Shown here: one piece after another, positions 1 to 12,528 of the stretch
Numbering within the stretch: position 1 is the first letter of the stretch
Layout: every line of letters begins with the position of its first letter
Program-made: the position numbers and the translations under genes
Assembly (NCBI GenBank): GCA_951406725.2
Contig: OX597814.1
Location: forward strand, 202,368,001 to 202,432,000
Origin: Octopus vulgaris
Lineage: Eukaryota
DNA length: 64,000 nucleotides
Direction: 5' to 3'
Notes under the pieces: model-generated
What the model was told of the DNA's origin: nothing
The model's input: only the letters and a program-made list of their open reading frames with translations
Databases searched by the model: none

Positions 1-123
1 GTATTTTGTATTTTATGTGTAGATGTATATATATAGATGTACATGTAATATGTACACATATATATACACATATATACATGCACTAGCACTATGACCCGGC
101 AACGACGGGTCTTTAATGCTAGT

Positions 124-660
124 ATATATATACATAAAACTAAGAATGTGTGTCTGCCTGTCTGTCTGTGTGAATCCCTAAAACGTGAGAACTACCCAAC
201 CAATTTCATTCAAATTTTACACATGCCTTACTTAGGGTCCAGGGAGTGTCATGGGCAAATTTTTTTAAACTTTGTGCCTAGGGCAAGCCCACAGCAATAT
301 AACTTCTCCACTATGAATCCCTAAAACTTGAGAACTACACAACCAATTTCATTCGAATTTTACACATGCCTTACTTCTAACTTCTTGCCTAGGACGCGCC
401 TACAGCAATATTATATCTTCTCCACTATTTCAGTATTACGTGTTAAAAGTGAAACAAAAACATCTCTCTATTGTTATGTCAGATACTTTCACTTTAATAC
501 TGAAACTATTAAAGTCAAACTATTATATAAGAGGGATGAACCATTAACAGTGGATATCGATTTTGCTTGAAGATCCGCTATGGTCTTGAATGCTACACCC
601 CTGGTTTTCAATTCATATCAATCAAATTAATATTCAATTTCTCACCCTTATTATTTTAAA
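124..660 (+). mobile_element. Non-autonomous Helitron-like element, 5' part (no 3' end seen)
   Basis: Starts tatatatacataaaactaagaatgtgtgtctg, same style as the 5' end of the 59797-60311 element; internal imperfect tandem repeat at about 172-312 / 314-428; directly follows a hairpin+CTAGT motif at 94-123. Confidence 0.55.
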
Positions 661-856
661 TTTAAATTTAAACCCAGAACCATGTGTTTTGGAACGAAGT
701 TTGTTACCACACAGCCACACCTGCACCTATGTATGTGTGTGTGTGTGTATAGCTGTATATGTATACATTTCTTTCTATACATAAAGATGTATATGTATAC
801 ATGTATATGAGTAGATGTGTACATATATATACACCCATACACACATACACACACAT

Positions 857-1160
857 GTGCAGGTGTAGCTGTGTGGTAACAAACTTCGTTGCAAAACACA
901 TGGTCCTCAGTTCAGTCCCTCTGTGTGGTGACTTGGCATGTGTCTTCTGCTATAGCCCCAGACCAACCAAAGCCTTGTCAATGGATTTTGTAGACAGAAA
1001 CTGAAAGAAATCAATCGTATATATATGTATATATGTAAGCCTGTGTGTGTGTCTTTGTGTTTCTCCCAAATCACTGCCCCACAACTGGTGTTCGTTTATT
1101 TACATCCCCATAACTTACTGGTTTCACAAGAAGAAACTGATAGAATAAGTACCAGGCTTA
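857..1160 (+). mobile_element. SINE family A, diverged copy
   Basis: Collinear with the family A copy at 63024-63467 (gctgtgtggta...gtgtcttctgctatagccc...gaaactgaaagaa, microsatellite, gatagaataagtacc). Confidence 0.75.
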
Positions 1161-1282
1161 TCAAAAAAAAAAAAACACTACGCAGTATCTCATATTTTTG
1201 TTTGACCGCACAATTTATCTTTGTGTGTGTGTGTGTGTGTACATATATATATATATAATGCACACACACGCGCGCGCGCGCA

Positions 1283-1359
<77 letters not shown>

Positions 1360-1380
1360 GTATGCATATGTGTACATTCA

Positions 1381-3056
1381 TATTTATTATATCAAAGACA
1401 ATGTCTTTATGTGTTCGTGTATTACTTATACATTCGAAAATTGCTGCACCGATCATAATGAAATTTGGAACACAAAATCCAAGCCAAGGGAGAAGGGTAA
1501 TGCTGTGTGTTTCATACGTCATGGACCAAAATTACTGAATAGAATCCTTATGATATTTGAAACTTAGATTCAATGCATAAGGGCTGGTATAATGCAATAT
1601 GTTTGGTTTGAATTTCAGATGGCTTAAAGGGGGCAGATCCCCCAAGGAAGTTCATAAATTTTCGATGTTGATGAAATTTTAACCATGGGTAATTGACACA
1701 CATCAAGAAGTACTCTCAAAGTTTCCACTTCACATGAGGATTCTAAGACACCCAAATGGGGGCCTTCACTCCCAAATTTTAGTCATTTCTTTTATGATCC
1801 AAAACTAAGTCAAAAGTACTGAATGGATCTTTACGAAATTTGGAAATTATATTCTATGCATAAGGGCCGCAACCCCCATGACAATGCATATATTTTTGCT
1901 GTTGATGAAATTTTAACCATAGATATTAGATACAAATAAATTAATATATATATAAAATTTCATCTTCTTACAAGTTATAAAGAACCCACCATGGAGACTT
2001 AACACCCACAATTTCGTCATTTTATCTAAGCAAAGACGAATAGTTGTACTCTTGGAAGCTGTGAGGTCATCCGAGCATAGAAGATGTGCATTATTTGTAC
2101 TTCAATGGTACAACAGTGTAAGAGTTTGCTTTGGCATACACTTACATTGTGATTTCTGCAATGTGCTGCATAAATTGTCAAGTAAATGAGAGGCATCTTT
2201 GCCTCCACTGATTCAGTTGCAAAGTGTTGAGTAAAGTTATTTGATTGCAGATCTACTTTCAGTATTTTTATTATCACTGGATCACACATAGTCTCCAGAT
2301 GGTAACATTGATTTCAAGGCCTTCCCAGATGAGTGACTGGTTATTCAAAAACATTTATAGATTGTAAATTTATTCTGTCCAGTTACATATCAGTATAGTG
2401 GTCATTTGCAAACGCCAACTTTCATTTCTCCTTAGCCCTCACGTCAGACAGTTGTTAATGTTTATTTCAGTTGGGTCATGCCCTTCCAATTGCTATAAAT
2501 TCGTAATGCATCTTACTGCTGTGCCTGTCATCTGGATGGTGTGGAATCCTACATTGGGAGTGGTAACGTCTAGGGTACTGTAGCTGACTGCGTATTGTGA
2601 TTATTCGTCTTTTGGTTTCCTGTAGCTTTGCTCTCTTTTACAAGCCCAGTGAATATATATTTCCTATTTCAAAGAAATTCAAACAATAGATATAAGACCC
2701 AAGTAAAAAAGATTCTCAACAATTCAACATCTGTGGTTGACATTAAGACGCTCACCCCCAATAGGGGCCTTAACTCTCACATTTTAGAGCTCTATGACCT
2801 TCATTTTTCAGGAGCAAAATCTTTTTAACAGGTTCAATAAAACTGGAATTTTGGAATATGCGCATAAAAATCAGTAATATGGGATATATGTGGTACGATT
2901 ACAATTTTTTGGGGTCTGTAAAGAGGGAAATAACCCTCATCTGCAATTTTGATGAAATTCGAAACATAGATATTCCAGTTCATTAGAGAAAATATAACAG
3001 AAAAGTTTAATTCTTCAATTGTATGTAACACTGGCAACGCCGGGTATCTCTGCTAG
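1381..3056 (+). mobile_element. Non-autonomous Helitron-like element
   Basis: 3' end ctggcaacgccggg hairpin followed by tgCTAG|t at 3031-3057; 5' region gcaccgatcataatgaaatttgg and recurring gatgaaatt motifs (1670, 1905, 2951); 5' boundary approximate. Confidence 0.55.
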
Positions 3057-3086
3057 TGTATATATATATATATATATATATTTATG

Positions 3087-3166
<80 letters not shown>

Positions 3167-3723
3167 TGTATATATATATATGAAGTTATATATAAAAGCA
3201 ATTTTAAATTGAAGGCTCACTCAGTATTTTTTAGAAAATGTCCTATTTGTTGATCTTTACAAAGATATTGTCAGTGACTTGGAACTTCCATTTAACCAGA
3301 TGTCGAATTAGTTTACAACGATTGCTTGTATTTTTATTTAATTTTTCCTCTTCTTTATCTTTGATCTTACATGAACGTCTGTTGACGACTGATATCTACT
3401 AAAGTACTCAATGTCATCTCTGCGTCCACGATCATTAAGTTCCAGGATTCTTTGCAGAGTGTGGAACCAGTTATCAGCCACAATTATTCCCACGTTTACT
3501 CTGTCCCGGAGGTGTAGCACCTCTCAGGGCCTCGGGTTTTGGTTAATTAACATCTAAATAAAAACGATCGGGAATGAGCCCCCCCCCCCCCCCCCCAGCC
3601 AAGTGTAGTCAGAGCATTTTTCTAGGAGAGGATACACTGATGTAGAACCGAGGGCTTTACCTGATTACTGGTCATCTCGCTTCGGCCTGTCACTGGACAC
3701 TAATCACGGAGCTTCAGAGAGTG

Positions 3724-3953
3724 AGGCGGCGAGCTGGCAGAAGGGTTAGCACGCCGGGCGAAATGTGTAGCCGTATTTCGTCTGCCGTTACGTTCTGAGT
3801 TCAAATCCCGCCGAAGTCGACTTTGTCTTTCATCCTTTCGGGGTCGATAAATTAAGTACCAGTTACGCACTGGGGTCAATGTCATCGACTTAATCCGTTT
3901 GTCTGTCCTTGTTTGTCCCCACTGTGTGTAACCCCTTGTGGGCAGTAAAGAAA
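3724..3953 (+). mobile_element. SINE family B monomer
   Basis: ggcggcgagctggcagaa head, B-box-like gagttcaaatcc, ctttcatcctttcggggtcgataaattaagtacc core, gtgggcagtaaagaaa tail; matches many other copies in the window. Confidence 0.9.
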
Positions 3954-4222
3954 GAGGTATTGAGGTTGCACAAGCGTTTATTAGAATAATCCAATGGCGG
4001 ATAGATGTCTGTTTAGGGTGACCTCACTTGCCCTTCCACCAACTGAATGTCCTATGGCGATGGAAGAGTGGTGACTTGTGCCGACCTAACCAGTTGGCAG
4101 CGTGCAGTTACAAAGCAGCGGGACTGAGAGGTCATGGACGGAAAGTCAGAAATGCCATTGACATCGAGGAAGCACAAGGGGACGCCAATCACCCGTGGAA
4201 ACAGAGTAGTCACCACATGTAC

Positions 4223-4224
<2 letters not shown>

Positions 4225-4253
<29 letters not shown>

Positions 4254-4950
4254 TGTATGTATGTATGTATGTATGTATGTATGTATGTATGTATGGATGG
4301 ATGTATGGATGGATGGATGGATGGATGGATGGATGGATGTATATATGTATGTATGTATGTATGGATGGATGGATGGATGTATATATGTATGTATGTATGG
4401 ATGGATGGATGGATGGATGGATGTATATATCAAATATAAATTAAGAACAGAACACAAAGGATATCGCGGTACACGTGTTTCAAGCTTTATATGTATGTAT
4501 GTATGTATGGATGGATGGATGGATGGATGGATGGATGGGTGTATGTATGTATGTATGTATGTATGGATGGATGTATGTATGGATGTATGTATGGATGGAT
4601 GGATGGATGGATGGATGTACGTACGTATGTATGTATGTATGTATGTATGTATGTATGTATGTATGTATGTATGTATGTGTGTGTGTATGTATGTATGTAT
4701 GTATGTATGGATGGATGGATGGATGTATGTATGTATGTATGTATGGATGGATGGATGGATGGATGTACGTACGTACCTATGTATGTATGTATGTATGGAT
4801 GGATGGATGGATGGATGGATGGATGGATGTATGTATGTATGTATGGATGGATGGATGTATGGATGTATGTATGTATGTATGTATATGTGTATGAATGTTT
4901 ATGTATGTATGTATGTATGTATGTATGTATGTATGTATGAATGGATGTAT
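4225..4950. repeat. Compound (TATG)n/(TGGA)n microsatellite with a ~60-bp unique island at 4428-4490
   Basis: Read directly from sequence. Confidence 0.95.
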
Positions 4951-7900
4951 ACATGAGTGCATGTGTACATATGTGCAAATATATATAATATACACGTATA
5001 TGTATGTATACCTTAGAATGTTTACTTTAGAATGTGTTCGCTTCATATTATTTAGAATAATTCTGCAGACAGTAGTATTGGTGCATCTAACGCAACTAAA
5101 ATAAGTGTTAATTTACTTGGTTAACTTAACCTCATTGAATTTCTTCAGCTATCGATTTTTTTCAGTCTACAGAGGTAAGATGATGCCCTCAATTTCCTTA
5201 GGCTCTTCTGGACTGGGTGATCTGTATACATACGTGAGTTCAGTGAAATTGGCCTTCTGTCTAATCAAAATAAAGAAAAAAAATCAATATATCATCATAT
5301 TTAATAGAGAATAAATCTGTTTGTTTTGACTTAATTTTTTTTTCTTTCTTCGCCATCTCGGATATCTAAGGTCTGTATTTCATTGATTTATTTTTTGCGA
5401 TGATGGAAACGAAGCTATGATATTTGTTCATTCAAGTTACAACATCCGTTGTTATGTAATGCTTGTTACACCTAAAACTTCTTTAATTTTGCAAACAAAA
5501 CAGACAAGTATTAACTACATCACCCACGAGTTATATATTCTAGATATACACTATTTTTCGGCAGCTTTTTTGCCAACATATAGAACATCGAATATCTAAT
5601 TGCAACGAATTTTATGCTCCGATTTCCACTACTCAAAGTTGCTCGTTTCCGATCATCTGCTGGTAAACCGAGCCTGGTTTTCTTGAGAAATATCTACTGT
5701 CTGAATTTTCATTTTGAAATCGTATGATATAAAAGTTTGAAGAAAAAGCTTATCATTATGTTCTGTTTGTAAACCTCTGTGAACGACAATTGCGAAAACG
5801 ACTGCTTCATGCTCTCGCGTTTGATCTCCTGTTCTGGTTCTCGCGGTAACGTTATTTTAAACGGCATAAACTGCACTACAAGCGAAATCATGAAACTGTG
5901 CTGCTGCTGAAGCAATGTTCCAAAATAATACTTTTAAATAATAATTTCAATTATGGATAAGAGGCAAACACCTCGAAACTAGTCTGTGGATGCTAGACCA
6001 GCGAGAAGGGGAAGCTGCTGACCTCCCCTGTTAGAAGGTTATAATAAACACAGGTTTGTGTGTCACATAGCTAGCTAGAAGCGATGGCCTTTTGGAGCTA
6101 ATCAACGGCAGCATTCGTCCTATTCATCTGGACTGCGATGTTAGCTTGGCGATAATTATTAATATCCAGTACCGCTGCCGTAGTCTCCTTTAGAGAGAAT
6201 TAGAAATAATGATATTTCTAATTTCAATTAATGTTTATAGAAAACAATGGGTATGTGCGTGGGTACTGGTTTTGTATGCGCACACATACATACATACATA
6301 AATAAATATACATATATATATATGCACACTCATACACACTTATATACATAGGATTATATATTCATGTATACAGCTATACTTAGCAGTTCGGTAAAAGAGA
6401 AGTAAGTACATTCGTCTACAAATTTTTCAAGGTGGTGCCCCAGCATGGCTGCAGTCTTATGACTGAAACCAGTAAAATATAAAAGGTGTCTCTCAGTTAA
6501 ATGTAAAACTCTGGCATGTAATAATAACGGTTTCAAAATTTGAGAAAAGGGGTTAGTCCTAACTCTTGACGGCTACTATACGTATTTTATCGATTACGAA
6601 AGGACGGAAAGCAAAGTTGACTTCGGCAGCATTTGAACTGAAAACAAACAGCCAAAAGAAATGCTGCTTAGCATTTTGCCTGCCACGCTATACACACACA
6701 TAGACACGCAACTATACTACTAAAACGTATCAATTAAAAGTTTCAAAATCAACATTTTTTTAATGAACCCGAAAGAAATTCAAGGAGGCTTGTTTTTGCA
6801 TAAAAGATACTTAACAGCATGAATACAGGGCGTTAGCAGCTCAGTTCTTTTGTTCAAACTATTACCGCCTTGAGTCAAAATTCTCAATTTTTCGAGCAAG
6901 CAAAAGTTACAGTGCATCATTGATTTGAAACTCCCGTTCCCGTATTATAGATAGTTGCACACTCTCTATAATAAACCAGGTAATATTGAATTCATGAGGC
7001 CTTGTCTCATGCGAGAACCATATTCGACAAAGCCGCAGCACATTTTCTATCGAGGCTGACAAATGAACGTTTGTGCTCGTAGTAACTGTTTTTGAATGTG
7101 AGTTCCGTTACCCCAATATATATTTTAGGGTCATTACTGTTGGTTGATTCAACGTTAGCACTGTATACTATCGACTTTGCCAGGCAGTTACTGTTTAGAG
7201 GACAATACTCAAAATTTACAGTTGCATGATCTATATTGGCTACCTGTCTTCATCTCTCTTCTATTCAGCCTTACAGCATTATAACCTCTGATAAAACAAC
7301 AAGTTGCTATTCAATATTTTTCTATATTTATGCCCTGGAGGAAAATAGGGATCTTTTAGATTAAAGAATTCTGTAGCTGTATTAGTATTTATTGCTAGGT
7401 TAAATATTTGAATACACACACACATGTATGTATGTATATATTGTTTGACGTCATAAGAATTAAAAAAAATTTGAGAGAACGTGAAATAATTACCTTTTTG
7501 AAACAGTGGATCTCGAAGCACACATAAAGCTATAAATAATGGTATGTAAATATCGAAATGAGAAATCCTTTTGGATAGAAATATATTTCTTAAGAGACTT
7601 GATCTGTGACTGAAACAATTACATTATGGTAGAATCATGAAAGTTATTTCAGCCATTTAAGAAACATGAAACACAATTATCTTTTTTTTTTCCAGTATGC
7701 TTTGTTTATAATCTTCATAGCATTATCTTCTACGAACTGTCAACAAGTTCTCTTCCACCCATGTAATCTGGTGACCGAGAGTCTGTGGAATTGTCACGAA
7801 TAAAACAAATACAAAATCCTGTCACCAGCTAAACACATAAGTATGCTGTGTCTTACCGGTGTTTTTGTGTCATTTGTGGTATATTTACATTGGATGCATA

Positions 7901-9039
7901 GTTTTTCGTTGAGTGGCAGCGAGGTACCATTTTTTTTTGCTTGTTTTACTCGAGCCCTAACATTCATAAGGCTCCTTACTCGGTTTCCATGATGTATAAG
8001 CGACCGGGATTACAACATACCTTCTGAACGAGACGCCGGTCCGTAGCAGGATGCAAGACCATCAATGTTTCGGAGAGGAGAGGAGACAAGCCGATTGCGT
8101 CAGCTCTTGTACTTGGTTGGTACTTTATTTTATTGGGTCCGAAGAGATGTAAAGCTAAGTTGATCTGGGTAGTATTTGAACTCAGATCGTAAAGAGCTGG
8201 AAGAAATACCGTTAAGCTTTCCATCAGACATATTAATGATTCTGCCTGCTCATCACTTGGCGTAAGTATATTTATATTAGGTGGTCTCTGCTGTGATTTG
8301 ACATGGCCTGCCTTATAAGGGTGTATCATCTGATATTTTTATCTTCTCTGTTACGGTTGTAATGTTGCCTCTTGTTGTTGTTGTTATAGCTGTTTAACAC
8401 CAGGCCAAGCATGACATCCAATATATCTATGATGAAAATGTAATATTTAATACACACTCACAGACATACACACACACACACATTTCTTCCTGTTTCTATT
8501 AGGATTTTTCATTTGTGCTTTTTTCCATCACATCCTGCATGATGGTAATGTTTGTAACACTTTTTTTTTAATCCATGAAAGTGTTTTTCAGACCATCAGT
8601 ATAATATTGCTCTATGGTTTAAATATTTTTGTGAGTCATGTTTACGCTGTGTAACATTTGCTAATTTTGTTATTGATGGTTGTTCAGAGTATGTAATGCC
8701 TGAGGTTTCAGACTTTGCCTAAATTAAGTGTAGTGTTATGGCTTTGAATAAGAAGATAATGGCGGTACTTCCGGTTTTCATTGTGCTTACTTAGGATTTG
8801 CACTTTGTGCAAGTTCTTTTATGTTTTGTCTTGCCTGTATGCACGTGAATTGCTGCTCTTGTATCTATGACTACACCATCCGATGTGGATTATATACTTT
8901 TTGCAACTGGTTTTCTGTCAACTCTAAATTGCAGCCGCATTAACTAATCTTAAATCTCTTACTACCAATATATCGCTGAGTAAAATTACGAAAAAGTTCA
9001 AAACTGCTACGAAGGAGTTTTCATTAGTTCGCTTGATAA

Positions 9040-9660
9040 AGGCGGCGAGCTGGCAGAAACGTTAGGACGCCGGGCGAAGTGCTTTGCAGTATTTCGTCTG
9101 GCGTTACGTTCTGAGTTCAAATTCCGCTGAGGTCGACTATGACTTTCATCCTTTCGGGGTCGATTAAATAACTACCAGTCACGCACTGGGGTCGATATAA
9201 TCGACTTAATCCGTTTGTCTGTCCTTGTTTATCCTCTCTGCGTTTAGGCCCATGTGGGTAATAAAGAAATAGGTATTTCGTCTGTCTTTACGTTCTGAGT
9301 TCAAATTCTGCCGAGGTCGACTTTGCCTTTCATCCTTTCGGGGTCGATAAATTAAGTACCAGTTGCGTAGTGGGGTCGATCTAACCAACTGGCCCTCTTC
9401 CCCCAAATTTCGGGCCTTGTGTCTAGAGTAGAGAAGGATATATAAGGCGGTGAGCTAGCAGAAATGTTAGCACGCCGGGCGAAAGGCTTAGCGGTATTTC
9501 GTCTGTCGCTGCGTTCTGAGTTCAAATTTCGCCGAGATCAACTTTGCCTTTCATCCTTTCGGGGTCGATAAATTAAGTACCAGTTGCATAGTGGAATCGA
9601 TGTAATCGACTGGCCCCCTCCCCAGAAATTTCAGGCCTGTGCCTAGAGTAGAAAAGAATT
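9040..9660 (+). mobile_element. SINE family B head-to-tail array (3 units)
   Basis: Three repeats of the B core; junction aaagaaata|ggtatttcg at 9270. Confidence 0.9.
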
Positions 9661-10278
9661 ATTAGTTTATCAGAATAAATACTTTGTAGCATTTCTTGAA
9701 GCATTTTAGGTGCTGATTTCAATTTTCGCCAAGGCCAAAGGTTTTAGTCTAGTACTAGGGGTTGCGTAATCTACTTACCCCTTTCCCTCAAAATTGCTGA
9801 ACTTGTGCATAGATTCAAAAACATTAAAACAGTGAATTTGCGGAATCTTTAGAGCAGTGGACTAAGTACTTAGCTACATATCTTCTGGATCGTTACTTTT
9901 TGAGTTCAAATCCCGCCGAGTTCAACTTTGCTTTTCATTTTTCGAAGTCACCAAGAATAAAATGTCAATAAAGTACTAGGGGGGGGGTCGATGTAATCGA
10001 TTAACGCCTTTCCCTATGAAATATCGTCGGCCTTTTTGCCTAGAGTGGAAAAGATCGTAATTATGGCGGTGATTTGGCCGAATCACTAATGCGTCTGACA
10101 AAACAGCGCATGACCTTGCAGGTGGGGCCCAGTTAGAATTTTCCTCAGGTTGAGTAGCCCACCCTACCCAAAAGGTCCCTGAATGAGGGCTGTTTAAGGG
10201 GTTAGAATAATTCCAGAAGTGGATTATTCTAACCCCAAAGAAGTGAATTATTCAAATCCCAAAGATTATTATTATTAT

Positions 10279-10817
10279 TGAATGAGAGAGCAGTGCATGC
10301 CATCAAAGTGACACTGGGGTACAAATATACGAAGCCCAGCATACCCATCATGACTACCTGTCTCGTAAGGGTACACTAGGCACATGCATCACAACCATAT
10401 GTGCGCGACATGGTGATCTCATATCAAGATAAACAGCGCATGACCTTGCAGGTGGGGCCCAGTTAGAATTTTCTTCAGGTCGAGTAGCCCATCCTGCTCA
10501 GAAGGTCCCTGAATAAGGGTTGTTTAAGGATGTTGAACGAACCGTCTATGTTTCCAGAGGTGAATTATCCAAACCCCAAAGAATTCCTCTCAACACCTGG
10601 CTATGATGCTCCCCCACTACTTCTGCTCATGATCAGAGATGCACATATCATCAGCCACTAAGGGACATGCTCAACTGGTTAAGGTCAAACAATTGACAAG
10701 CAAATCTGTGGTATTGAGCAGAATATTTGCTGTAGCCCATCTTTTATACCAAGACAAAACAATGTACATGATAACACTTCCAATCAGTTAAGATCAGAAG
10801 CCACGAGAGCCATGGCA
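10279..10817 (-). mobile_element. Element E (non-coding, TAA-embedded retroelement)
   Basis: Reverse complement of 23427-23871 and 39581-40068; (TTA)n on both sides; partial copy also at 10100-10264. Confidence 0.85.
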
Positions 10818-10837
10818 TTTATTATTATTATTATCAT

Positions 10838-11183
10838 TCAGTAGTTTTATTTTTATAGCGTGCTTTCACTTCACTACCGAGCGCAGCTCTGTGTGCCTTG
10901 GGTATGCGCTGTGATTTGTTGTGATGCTTTGATGGTTATTGTATGGAAAGTGTTCTGCGTAGGATGTGTGCAGTGCCTAGTAGTGCAATTTTCTGTATGT
11001 TATATGTGTTTGTAAGTCCTGGTGTTTTTGTTATGTATTTGTCTGAATATTTTTTTATCATGCCTACTATGATAGGAATTGTTTCTGTTTTCAGATTCCA
11101 CATTCTAGTTACCTCTATTTCCAGGTCTTTGTATTTTGAGAGTTTCTCCATTTCTTTTAGAGAAACGTTGTCATCTGCCGGTA
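10838..11183 (-). mobile_element. R4/Dong-like RLE non-LTR retrotransposon, family 1, 5'-truncated tail
   Basis: IPADDNVSLKEMEKLSKYKDLEIEV...IQKIALLGTAHILRRTLS plus 3'UTR shared with 22758-23359; (TAA)n on both sides. Confidence 0.85.
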
Positions 11184-11189
11184 TTATTA

Positions 11190-11274
<85 letters not shown>

Positions 11275-11789
11275 TACTATGGCGGTGAGCTGACTGAAGC
11301 ATTAGCGTGGCAGGCAAAATGCTAAGCAGCATTTCTTTCGGCTGTTTGTGTTTTGAGTTCAAATGCTGCCGAAGTCATCTTTGCTTTCCGTCCTTTCGTA
11401 ATCGATAAAATACGTATAGTAGCCGTCAAGAGTTAGGACTAACCCCTTTTCCCAAATTTTGAAACCCTTATTATTACATGCCAGAGTTTTACATTTAACT
11501 AAGAGACACCTTTTATCTTTTACTGGTTTCAGTCATTAAGACTTCGGCCATGCTGGGGCACCACCTTAAAGAATTTGTAGACGAATGTATCGACCACAGT
11601 ACTTATTTTTTAAGCCTGGTACTTATTCAATCCTTTTCTTTTACCGAACTGCTAAGTTACGGGAACGTAAACAAACCAACACCCGTTGTCAAGCAGCGTT
11701 TGGGAAACAAACACTGACACAAAAGATACACACACACACACGTATGTATGTATGTATGTATGTATGTATGTATGTATGTATGTATGTAT

Positions 11790-12229
11790 ATTATTCAGTT
11801 TATTTCAAGATTTCTTGCCAATAAAAATCGGTTTCTAACCTAGATCCAACAACAGGGTATTTTTGTATGTATGTATGTATGTATTATGTATGTATGTATG
11901 TTTTATGCATGTATTCTCAGGCATATAGTTACAAATCTAGACACGCTCATATATATTTAAATGATAAACTTCTGGAAAGTTTTACATATTTTTACAGTTA
12001 CAATGATGGATTCGTTCTGTAGTCTTCGAATTAGCATTCTCTTTTCTGGTTTTGAGAAGCCTAATTTCTCAGGACTGGTATTTAGGCAGTGTGTTACATA
12101 TTCCAGGTCCCCAATAATTACAGGTATAAACCTGAACTTGTAATCTGGATAGAGCAACTGCAGATTTTTCAGTAGTTCAGCAGAGGTATTCTCTTTTTCA
12201 CTGATCTTCAGCTTCACGTTAACATTTCT
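11790..12229 (-). mobile_element. RLE-type non-LTR retrotransposon tail embedded in (TACA)n
   Basis: NVNVKLKISEKENTSAELLKNLQLLYPDYKFRFIPVIIGDL...LQNESIIVTVKICKTF aligns by eye with the Dong-like C-terminus (K..KY..L...IPV.IGALG...Q). Confidence 0.65.
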
Positions 12230-12270
12230 GTATGTATGTATGTATGTATGTATGTATGTATGTATGTATG

Positions 12271-12496
12271 TGGAAGAGAGTGTAATTCGGCAGGAGGATT
12301 TAAACGACATGCAAAGGTACATGAAGGTACAACTACAGCCGGCTATTACCGGTAAAGGTTTTAGTTGCCAATTCTGTACAAGACATTGTAGACCTTTAGC
12401 TGGGCTAAAAAGTCACATTCGATCACAGCACCAGTAACAGTTAAGCTTCGTGCAATAGCCATACTTGATAACGAGGGGGCAGCCATAATATGTAAG
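12271..12496 (+). mobile_element. RTE-clade LINE 3' fragment
   Basis: FSCQFCTRHCRPLAGLKSHIRSQH*, a C2H2-like terminus typical of RTE ORFs, then a short 3'UTR and (TATG)n. Confidence 0.65.

Positions 12497-12528
<32 letters not shown>

Noticed and set aside
3960-4220. ORF 4028-4444 as a gene
   Set aside because: Only about 63 non-repeat codons before the microsatellite; more likely a decayed LINE tail, unproven.
10599-10670. HDV-like ribozyme fold within element E (ctatgat...cac...gtg atcagag...ctaaggga)
   Set aside because: L3 is too long, the P1.1 GG is absent, there is no proper G1, and it is antisense to the inferred element polarity.
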